From Bugula neritina (taxonomy: Eukaryota > Animalia > Bryozoa), in NCBI GenBank assembly GCA_964035545.1, contig OZ037773.1:10569751-10633750 (forward strand): a DNA stretch of 64,000 bases, in the 5' to 3' direction. The notes beneath the pieces are model-generated. The model saw only the letters and a program-made list of their open reading frames with translations. It was not told the origin of the DNA and searched no databases. Positions 39,400-50,900 of the stretch are shown in pieces. The position numbers and the translations under genes were made by a program. Numbering within the stretch: position 1 is the stretch's first letter; each line of letters begins with the position of its first letter.

Positions 39400-39960
39400 T
39401 CTTTCTTTTGCTGCTACTTCACTTTCAGATCTCTGACTTGTTGTTCTGCCTTTCACTTTCACTAGGACTTCAAGTTTTCTAAAGCTTTATCCTAAAATAA
39501 AATGATCGTACTAGCTATTGTCATTAATATAATGTTGGCCATGGTAATGGTTATAGAATAGGATCAACTGGGAAAACACTTGTACTTAAGTCTTGTACAA
39601 TCAACTTTTCATTTATGCTTTGAAGTAACAGTAAATGACTACGAGTAATACTAATTGTAAACACCCAGTAAAACTAGTAAATCGGGCAATGGCACTGTTT
39701 TGCTTAAACCTAACACTAATATTTTTAGTAAATTGAACTGCAATAAGTAAGAAGTCTAAGTCTAAAAGTCAGATTGAAACGAAGCCGTGGGCGGTAGTCA
39801 TAGTATTAGTTGCCACCGTGACACTCCGTCTCACTCGCAGACTCAGACTGAGAGTCGGAGTGACTGTCAGACTGAGACTCAGTCAGTCAGTGTCAGTGTG
39901 AGTGTCACTGTCCGACGAGTTCAAGGAGAAGAAGTAAGGTGACGTTTACGTTATGTATTT
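39400..39960. promoter_or_regulatory. Probable bidirectional promoter region of AP2S1 / PHAX
   Basis: Head-to-head gene orientation. Local GC-richer patch with GGGCGG (~39789) and a TGACGT half-CRE (~39940). Candidate PHAX 5'UTR donor gaa|gtaagg at ~39933. Confidence 0.4.
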
Positions 39961-41369
39961 TGGCATGTAATTCTATTAAAATATGATACATTTGCATTAT
40001 TATCGCTCTGAGTTGAAAAGAGCAATTGTAAAATTGAGGCAATATTATTTCACTTGACTAGTGTTTGTACTTTGCCTCAGCAATTATTCAGCTTCAAATT
40101 AAATACTTTTAGGAAGAGGAAATGGCAAAGCAATATCCGGCTACGCGTGCGCTATGCTAACCTTGCTGCTTGTGCAAAAAGCGGGTGTTCTCTAATCATT
40201 TTCCACTCAATTTTTCAATTCATTTTTATTTAGCGTTACTGTCACTGCACATGCCAGTTGAAATTTTGTAATTTTGGTGCTGTGCCTTTAGCGAGTGAGT
40301 CAGTATTCCAATCAATGTCGAATTTTCTACATTATTAAGAAATAGCAATCAACATGTTCAAGTTTGAGTTTCAGTTTGAGTCAAAGTGAAAGTTTCAGTT
40401 GAACTTGAACTTCGACTTAAAATTTTATTTTCAATTTTATACTTACTCTTAGCTTTACACTTTACAGCCTTTGGCTTAGAATTTTAGTAGAAGACCATAG
40501 CAGAGTTATGCTGATCTTATGGCTTGTCTTGAAGTTGATCTAAATGTTATCAGTTGAAGTTAGAGTCAAACTCAATGTTAATTGTTATCACTATATCAGT
40601 AGTATCACTTTTACTTGTAGTTAATGTTATCGTTGTACTAATAGTAATACTACTACTTGGTGTTATGACTATCATTAAGAGTATGAGTTTCACTGTAGCT
40701 GTTAGTGTTATGCTATGCTCATAGTAATACTAGTAATAGTAATATAAATATGAGTTGTAACTTATAGTTATGATATTGATAATCACAATTTGAATTTATG
40801 ACTCATGAGTTCTGACTGAAGCCTATAGCTAAGCCTTAAAGTTAGGGGTTTAATATTAGTCAAAGTAAGACTAAGTAATAACATTGACTTTTAAATTTAT
40901 GCCTTTTGTTTTCAACTTTTACTTTTCAGTTTAACTTTAATTAGTTTTATTATAGTTTTAAATTGTTACTTGTACCTAATTATTATTAATATTTTACTTG
41001 TAACCTTTATGATTTTAGTAATACTAATGCCATGAAATCACAATTTCGCGTGGCCATCATGGGGCACTACAACTTATTTTGAAGTATTTAAGTATCAATA
41101 AATTAATTTGCTGCCAAACATACAGGATTTCAAGATCTGCTGCTGTTTATTCCATATTTTACACCCACCAATTGTTGATGATGTGAGCTCACCTTTGTTC
41201 AGCTCTGATGGTCACACTGTTGTACATTTAAGTTGCCAGGAGCCATTATTTGAATACATCAAGTTTCATACTCGTGGTATGTATAGCAGACTGTACTGCG
41301 TCACTACTTTCAGATGATCACTAGAGTCAGATACTGCGAGACTTCTCTGCAGATACACACCAACTTAAC

Positions 41370-43496
41370 ATGGATGAGTCAGAGCTGGAGGAGGGAGAGA
41401 TCAGTGGCTCTGATGAAGATACTGTAGAGGTCAATGGGTTGACAACTAGTAGGGAGTATTCTCCCTTGCCTCGGCCGAGTAACCCGGCATTGAGTTACCG
41501 TACAGGTGCGAATGTATAGTATAATATATAGTATACAGTATCGTATAGTATCATATAGTATATAGTATCATATAGTATATAGTATCATATAGTGTATAGT
41601 ATAATACAGTATCATATAGTATACAGTATCATATAGTATATATTATCATATGGTATACAGTATCATATAGTATATAGTATCATATAGTATATAGTATCAT
41701 ATAGCATCATATAGTTGCAGGGACAGACAACTCATTCAGAAACAAGCCGGCAGCGCTGCCCCTTGACTCTGACGCTGAAGACTCTGACGGAAGTTGTGAG
41801 GCGCAAAGCAAACGTGTCAAGTTGGAGTCATCCACTCTTCCCCCTCCACAGCCTCCAGCAAGGAGTGTAAAGAGGAATGTTTGGGCTGACGTGTTGTTGG
41901 AGCAGCAAATCTCCTCCAGTATGAAGACTTCTGGCACAATTGAACCTGAGAATACAGACGGTGAGTGGACAACTCCCCGTAGTATTGTGTAGTTACAGGA
42001 GTGTATAGCTGTACTATAGTGAGGGGGTAATGCTTGTAGTTACAGGAGTGTATAGCTGTACTACAGTGAGGGGGTAATACATAGTTACAGGAGTGTATAG
42101 CTGTACTACAGTGAGGGGGTAATGCATGTAGTTACAGGAGTGTGTAGCTGTACTACAGTGAGGGGGTAATGCATGTAGTTACAGGAGTGTATAGCTGTAC
42201 TATAGTGAGGGGGTAATGCTTGTAGTTACAGGAGTGTATAGCTGTACTACAGTGAGGGGGTAATACATAGTTACAGGAGTGTATAGCTGTACTACAGTGA
42301 GGGGGTAATGCATGTAGTTACAGGAGTGTATAGCTGTACTATAGCGAGGGGGTAATACATACAGTTACAGGAGTGTATAGCTGTACTACAGTGAGGGGGT
42401 AATGCATGTAGTTACAGGAGTGTATAGCTGTACTATAGTGAGGGGGTAATGCTTGTAGTTACAGGAGTGTATAGCTGTACTACAGTGAGGGGGTAATACA
42501 TAGTTACAGGAGTGTATAGCTGTACTACAGTGAGGGGGTAATGCATGTAGTTACAGGAGTGTATAGCTGTACTACAGTGAGGGGGTAATACATACAGTTA
42601 CAGGAGTGTATAGCTGTACTATAGTGAGGGATTGTTGTAGTTGTGGAAAGGGGTGTAGAGTCATACAAGCCATCAGGGGAGAGCCGCACAGCTGATCAGA
42701 GCGATGTGCTGGGAGAGGCCGAACAAGGAGAATTGTGGGACGTCAATTATGATGGCGAATCAAATAACAGTTTACAACACAGAAAGGGAAAAAAGAATAA
42801 TATTCACAACCGGATAGGTGTGTTTATATGTATATTATAATACTATAATATATTCTGTAGATTATAATACTATAATATATTCTGTAGATTATAGTACTAT
42901 GATATATTCTATAGATTATGATTCTCCCAGAGAGACTGAAAACTTCTACCAGACCGAAGAGGTACGTTGATGTGACATCACATTGATATTCTGTTCTCAT
43001 TATAGTAACCAGTTCTATTTATAGTAACCAGTTCTAATTATAGTAACCAGTTCTAATTATAGTAACTAGCTCTACTCAGCTCACTGATCTCTATCTGCAG
43101 CTGCCAGAAGAAGTCACTGCTGATGACGAGGAGCGGGTGGTTGCCAGATACATAGCCAGGTGTCTCGGAGAGCAGAAAGTGGTGCTTATTGAGAGAGTTA
43201 CCAGGTTCGCTGGCAGAGAGAAAGCTCTGCAGCTGTTCCACGCCACTCGGGACATCGAGGCAGCCGGGGGAATGCTGACTCTGGTGAGTCTATCCCCCTC
43301 TACACTCTACTCCCCCTCTACTCTGTCTCCCTACACTCCTTTGTCCGCCCTCTACTCTGTCTCCCCCTCTACACTCTACTCCCCCTCTACTCTGTCTCCC
43401 CCTCTACACTCAACTCCCCCTCTACTCTGTCTCCCTACACTCCTTTGTCCGCCTCCACCCTCTACTTTACTCTCCCTCTATCCTACTCTGCCCCAC

Positions 43497-43534
<38 letters not shown>

Positions 43535-44561
43535 ATAATTACTTCCTATCAAACTGAAAACTAAACTCAACCTCCAACAATGTAATTATGAGTATTATTT
43601 GTAGAGTGGAGGTTCTCGAAGAAGTCCTGGCGGAGTTTTCCTCTACCTTCTCAAGAAAGATAAAAGTAACTATCTCTATAAGTATACAGTAGAGTATCTA
43701 TAAATATATAGTAGTATATCTATAAGTGTACAGTAGAGTATCTATAAATATATAGTAGTGTATCTATAAGTATACAGTAGTGTATCTATAAGTATATAGT
43801 AGTATATCTATAAGTATACAGTAGTATATCTATAAGTATACAGTAGTGTATCTATAAGTATATAGTAGTATATCTATAAGTATACAGTAGAGTATCTATA
43901 AGTATATAGTAGTATATCTATAAGTATATAGTAGTATATCTATAAGTATATAGTAGTGTATCTATAAGTATACAGTAGTATATATATATAAGTATAGAGT
44001 AGTATCTATAAGTATACAGTAGAGTATCTATAAGTATACAGTAGTATATCTATAAGTATACAGTAGAGTATCTATAAGTATATAGTAGTATATCTATAAG
44101 TATATAGTAGTGTATCTATAAGTATACAGTAGTATATATATAAGTATACATTAGGTATATCTATAAGTATAGAGTAGTGTATCTATAAGTATACAGTAGT
44201 ATATCTATAAGTATACAGTAGGTATATATAAGTATACAGTAGTATATATATAAGTATACAGTAGTATATCTATAAGTATACAGTAGGTATCTATAAGTAT
44301 ACAGTAGGTATCTATAAGTACACTACACTATGACTTATTGCAGGTATAACTAAACAGACTATCAACGAAATCTTTGCCCTGGAGAAACAGAACCAGAAGT
44401 TTGCCAAGAAGGTGATCATCAGAGACAGACAGATGCGCAAGAGGAAGTACCATAACAGAACTGTGGCAGAGGAAACTTCCTCAGCTGATCAAATGGACTC
44501 TTCCACAGTCAACTCTGAGTCAGTGCTGGGAGAACCCGACACTGATATTGGAGTCGGTTGA
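41370..44561 (+). CDS. PHAX: Phosphorylated adaptor for RNA export, ~353 aa, 7 coding exons
   Basis: Exons 41370-41505, 41721-41960, 42641-42817, 42915-42961, 43101-43283, 43605-43665, 44344-44561. Motifs ELEEGEISGSD, KRNVWADVLLEQ, RGVESY and the RNA-binding domain (LGEQK..LIERV..G..TRDIEAAGGMLT..GSRRSPGGVFLYLLK..IFALE). Confidence 0.93.
41988..42630. repeat. Intronic minisatellite, 43-45-bp unit (PHAX intron 2)
   Basis: tagttacaggagtgtatagctgtactacagtgagggggtaatgcatg, ~14 copies. Confidence 0.95.
43670..44320. repeat. Intronic minisatellite, ~22-bp unit tatctataagtatacagtagta
   Basis: PHAX intron 6. Confidence 0.95.
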
Positions 44562-44993
44562 CCAATCACTGCTACTTTCACATTTGTTTAGCCTATAGGA
44601 AGCACACTTACTTAGTTATCCCCTCACAGTTGTTTACATTCCACTTAGCTGAGGGTGAAGGACAATCCATTGAGCTCTACCCACTTTACATTTACTTTTA
44701 TATACTATACTGTATCAGTGTGTAATATAATACTATACTGTATCAGTGTGTAATATAATATAATATAATCTGGAACAACTACCACTGAATAACATCTCAA
44801 GCACTACTTACTCCTTAACTGTCAGTACAGTTCTAACAAAATAATAATATCCCCAAATTCAGGTAATAAACAATTGAAATGTATTGACAAATATGTACCA
44901 TAAAATACAATATATATCTCCATCCACACAAGGCACTACGACCATATACACATACTGTGACTACTTTATACTGAGTTATCCACTCCCAGCTCC

Positions 44994-47900
44994 TCACAGG
45001 TCCTCTGTCCACCTTCCATCTCCTGTCGGTTCAGCCAGAGGTTCTGTCCTCTCTAAGTCTATCTCCTCCACCAAAGAGCTATCAAACGTACTCAATATCT
45101 TAGACTTGCGTTGACCTGGTGCGGCACATGGCATGGTGCCGTAATTAGAGTTCGTCTTACCATCCACTTGTGGTACCCAGTTTATGGGCACCCAGTGCGG
45201 CTCAACATCGAGGTGGTTCACCTGGGCTATGATCTCTGTGCAGGCTTGTTCCATGTCCACCAGTGTGAGTATGTGGTCATACAGATAGGTGTAAGTGGAC
45301 TCGTTGTGTCGGGACAAGTCTATGATATGTCGGCATTCTTCATTCTGAAACAGCACATCTGAATATCATGATGATGTAAACAGCACATGACAAAATATAA
45401 TGGTGGAATCGCTACAACGAAGATAGCTGAGGGTGGTGAAACTACTGATGCCTTTTTTTGTGTTGGTGGACTAGAGGCTAAATTTTGTAAAAGAGACGGC
45501 AATAATTTTCTCGTTAAGTTTAAGAATTGTCAGCTAACTTGATAAACTCTCACCTGCGGCTCAATTGTAGACTCGGCTCGTAGGAAGTCTTTTAATCGTT
45601 TTACAGGCGGTGCTGCTACGAATATTACGTACGGCTTCATATCGCAGATCCTGATGTTGGTTATGTTCTACAAGAGTGAAATACATTCTCCTATGATACT
45701 GTCTACTCTACTCATAGTGATACTGTCTACTCTACTCATAGTGATACTGTCTACTCTACCCATAGTGATGCTGTCTACTCTACTCATAGTGATACTGTCT
45801 ACTCTACTCATAGTGATACTGTCTACTCTACTCATAGTGATACTGTCTACTCTACCTATAGTTATACTGTCTACACTACCCATAGTGATACTGTCTACTC
45901 TACCCATAGTTATGCTATCTATTCTACCTATAGTTATGCTATCTACTCTACCCATAGTGATACTATCTACTCTACCCATAGTTATACTATCTACTCTACC
46001 CATAGTTATGCTATCTACTCTACCCATAGTTATGCTATCTATTCTACCTATAGTTATGCTATCTACTCTACCCATAGTGATACTATCTACTCTACCCATA
46101 GTTATGCTATCTACTCTACCCATAGTGATACTATCTACTCTACTCATAGTTATACTGTCTACTCTACCCATAGTGATACTGTCTACTCTACTCATAGTGA
46201 TACTGTCTACTCTACCTATAGTTATACTGTCTACACTACCCATAGTGATACTGTCTACTCTACCCATAGTTATGCTATCTATTCTACCTATAGTTATGCT
46301 ATCTACTCTACCCATAGTGATACTATCTACTCTACCCATAGTTATACTATCTACTCTACCCATAGTTATGCTATCTACTCTACCCATAGTTATGCTATCT
46401 ATTCTACCTATAGTTATGCTATCTACTCTACCCATAGTGATACTATCTACTCTACCCATAGTTATGCTATCTACTCTACCCATAGTTATGCTATCTACTC
46501 TACCCATAGTGATACTATCTACTCTACCCATAGTTATACTATCTACTCTACCCATAGTTATGCTATCTACTCTACCCATAGTGATACTATCTACTCTACC
46601 CATAGTTATGCTATCTACTCTACCCATAGTGATACTATCTACTCTACCCATAGTTATGCTGTCTACTCTACTCATAGTGATGCTGTCTACACTACTCATA
46701 GTGACGCTACATACTCTACTCATAGTGATCCTGTTTAGGGAAAGAGTTTACACTGACCTTAGGCTGACATTGAGTGACGCACGTAGCCCCAGAGGTGATT
46801 AGATCCATCACCGAATTTCTGCTAACCCCCACATAGTGCATCTCCGGGCTATCCACCACTTTATACTCAATGAACTCTCCACCCTTTATTTTCTCGATGA
46901 ATTTGTCGAGAGACAGAAACTGCATTCCTGACTGATGAGTGTCGGATGGGCGGCTGGTGGCTGCAAGATACCCTAACACATGGTAGAATACCCTAACACA
47001 TGGTAGAATATCCTAACACATGGTAGAATATCCTAACACATGGTAGAATACCCTAACAGATGGTAGAATACCTTAACACATGGTGGAATACCCTAACACA
47101 TGGTAGAATACCCTAACAGATGGTAGAATACCCTAACAGATGAGGTATGGATGCCTCACTCACTCATGATTGGTTGAGAAAATCTCCGTCTGTCTGTAGA
47201 CACTAATCTCTCACAGATTTTATGTAGCCTCAGTTCTTCACATCCAACTAACACAATCGGTCTTTTTCTGTTGGGTGGTGGAAGGTACATCCCGACTTCT
47301 TCATATGTTAGTATTTGGTCTACATCTGCTAACAGCAGAATCACAAGAACAATGAGTGAGATGCAGCAACCACACTAACACCACATGTGAACAAGTATAA
47401 TGCTGAACTATTACAATGTAGTTTAAGCCCTAAGGAGCCCTATAAGTTGGCCACAACACCAAACAGTCTAACCACACATTCTATTCATATTGTGATGACG
47501 AAAGGTCTCACCTCCCTGATACTGTTCATACTGTATGGAGGTTTTCCTCTTACTGAGTAGCCGTCTGTTGACTGCTCCACAGCAGGTCAAGGTCGGCTTC
47601 TCTTTGAGACTCTCATTAGTTTCAGACAGAATAGTACGTCGCAGCTGCTCTCTGGTCTCTGAAAAGACTCTGGAGGGAATCAAACCAGCTAAGGCTTCAG
47701 GATTATCTCCCTCGCGATAAGCCTAAAACAGTAGAGTTTGGTGTAATATTCACTATATTAAGCTCACCGGGTATTTAAGCATCATTCAGGTCTCAGTGAT
47801 GTCACTTAAGCAACATAGTGACCTCACTCTCGTAACTCACTCTGATGCTTAAACTCACTTGCCACCAGTGGGGGTCATCTCTGTTGATGACGTGTAGAAT

Positions 47901-50900
47901 GCTGCCAACCTTGAACCCCACTCCCAACTCTACACACGGGAGAAAGTCATCTTCAGTGACATCATAATCAAACTGAGCTCGGACAGTGATCTGAAAGTGG
48001 AGTGAAAGGGGTTTATAGGGGATAGAGTGTAAGGGGGTGTAGAGAGTAGAGTGTAAGGGGGTGGAGAGAGAGTAGAGTGTAAGGGGGTGTAGAGAGTAGA
48101 GTGTAAGGGGGTGGAGAGAGAGTAGAGTGTAAAGGGGTGTAGAGAGAGTAGAGTGTAAGGGGGTGTAGAGAGTAGTGTAAGGGGGTAGAGAGAGTAGAGT
48201 ATAAGGGGGTGGAGAGAGAATGGAGTGAAACGCTTACATCGCGACGAGGCACGCTTCGGTTTACAGCTCCGAGTCTCACTGTACAGTTTACTTTAGTGAC
48301 AAGTTTAAGTTCTCCAGACAGCGTAGACATCAGTGTGGCTACTTCATCTATGGTGCTGCCGCGAACATCAACATCGTTGATCTGTAAAATTTCATCTCCT
48401 GCAACAAACAGCTATAACTATGCACACAATACAATAACAGTTATTGTTGGCTACATCATAACACTTGGCAAAGCATAGGCGACACAGAAACTGGAATAAA
48501 CATAACATAGTATAGTTACCAGGCTTGAGAAATTTAGTTTTCTCTGCGACTCCCCCTTTGATGATTCGAGCTATGACGACAGCGTTACCCTCCTTGCGCA
48601 CTGTGGCACCCTGTCACACAAAGAGTACTTAGCAAAGAGTATATAGTAATACGTGTACTGCAATAATAGTACTTAGCAAAGAGTATATAGTAACACGTAT
48701 ACTGTCACACACAAAGAGTACTCAGTAAAGAGTATATAGTAATACGTGTACTGTCACACACAAAGAGTACTTAGCAAAGAGTATATAGTAATACGTGTAC
48801 TGTAGCAATAGTACTTAGCAAAGAGTATATAGCCTGACTACCAGGGGTTCGGAGTCTTTGTAGAGAGTTAGAGTTTTCAACTGATATCCGTTGAAGTTCT
48901 CCACCTCCATACTGTGCTTTGATTGGTTAGTTTGGTGAGGTGAACAATGTTCTGATTGGTTGGCTATCGTGAGGTCATCCATTGGCACGGCGTCTGATTG
49001 GTTACTGGCAGCATTTATAATAGATGAGTCATCAACATCTACACTCAGCACTTTCTGTGGGAATGAAATAGAAGATAACTCTGGTATTTTGTTATAATCC
49101 TGCACACAATGACAGATAACCTCTATAAAAATATTATTATAACTAATAGTATCTCTATGCTAGACTAATATATAACTAATATGTGACCAATATGCAACTA
49201 ATACTAACACATGATGACTGATATTCAACACTAAGAGTACTCTTATGTCACTCACTGCAGCTAAAGTTTGTAGTTGTCCGCTCTCATTATTCTGTTCATC
49301 TATTCCGGCTGGTGGCTCCGGACTGCAGATACTAGAGTTATCTTCTCCTTTAGACACTTCTTGTAAGGAATCATCTCCTCCATCAACTTCTGCTCCCGGC
49401 ACTGACTCACCCAACTTGTCTGTAGAAGTCATGCCGGGATGTAGAGCTCTTTGTAGCGGCTGCCCGGAGTCGCCTCGCATCCTACTTAAGGCTCCGCCTA
49501 CAGGCAGCTGTGGCTTACATCTGCAGCCCTTGCCGCCACCTTCAATTAACTTTGAAACTTCCGACAGCCGTCTGTTGCTGAACGTCTTTAGCCCGAGTCT
49601 CTTAGATATCTACAAAGAGAGAGAAGTTGGGGTGGCTAATGGTTAGGAGCTGAGCTACAGCTTTGCTTAGAGAAATATTCAACTTATCTCAGAGTTACTA
49701 ACTTAAAACGGTCAAACAGTCAGATTGTACGTGATTTGAATTCTGTAAGACTGACCTCTAAATTTATTTTGCTGGAACGGTGTTTCTTTGCAGAAGAGGA
49801 AGTACCAAATAAATGGCGTAGAACTTGCAGCTGAGAGTGGTCGGCCTGGAGGATGTGGCACTTTATTGAGTCCCAGAGTCGAAGAACTGCTTGCACGTCT
49901 GCAGAGTAAAGAGAACTCAACAGTCTAAACTCTAAACACATCAATATTCAGATTAATCTGTTGGCAGATAAGACTGGACATACTATGGAAGACACAGAAT
50001 TTCCTGGTCAGCAAACAGACAACAAGGATTTCAGTTTGTCAAGAGTTCACCTCAGTTCAACAGCAGCCAGACTGTTAGCAGAACATTTATTCCATTACTT
50101 CATAGTTTCAGTATTTAGTTGTCTCCCCCCACTAGGAGGGTGAGAGGTTGGGGAGATAGTATGTCTATAAAGTATGACGGGGAGAAGAGGAAAAGACCAT
50201 TGTTAACTGATTTCTGAATCACCCAGTTTCTACGTGATGTTAGAAGAGTAACTATCAACGTCCTATTTCCCAATACTTGGGTTGGCAGAGATGTAGAGTC
50301 AACAATTGTGTGACCTTTTTATATGACCTTTCCAGAAATGCTGCTTATACTGCCATATGCTTAGAGATATGTAGAGATAATCTGTAGAAATGTTATGTAG
50401 AGATAATCTGTAGAAATGTTATGTAGAGATAATCTGTAGAAATGTTATGTAGAGATAATCTGTAGAAATGTTATGTAGAGATAATCTGTAGAAATGTTAT
50501 GTAGAGATAATCTGTAGAAATGTTATGTAGAGATAATCTGTAGAAATGTTATGTAGAGATAATCTGTAGAAATGTTATGTAGAGATAATCTGTAGAAATG
50601 TTAGGTAGAAATAATCTGTAGAAATGTTATGTAGAGACTATCTGTAGAGGCACTTAGTGACACGGCAACAACATGATAAACAATTTGAAATCTGGCAAAA
50701 GACCAAATGCTGCAAGAACATCAAATACAGCTTTTCTATTGCACAGAAATGTAGAGTGTACGTGTAGAGTGTACGTGTAGAGTGTACATGTAGAGTGTAC
50801 GTGTAGAGTGTACGTGTAGAGAGTATATGTGTAGAAGAGGTACATGTAGAGTGTACGTGTAGAGTGTACGTGTAGAGAGTATATGTGTAGAAGAGGTACA

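Noticed and set aside
45654-46802. 382-aa and 351-aa ORFs on opposite strands
   Set aside because: They are stop-free frames of a 24-bp minisatellite inside an MPP5 intron and are not in frame with flanking exons.
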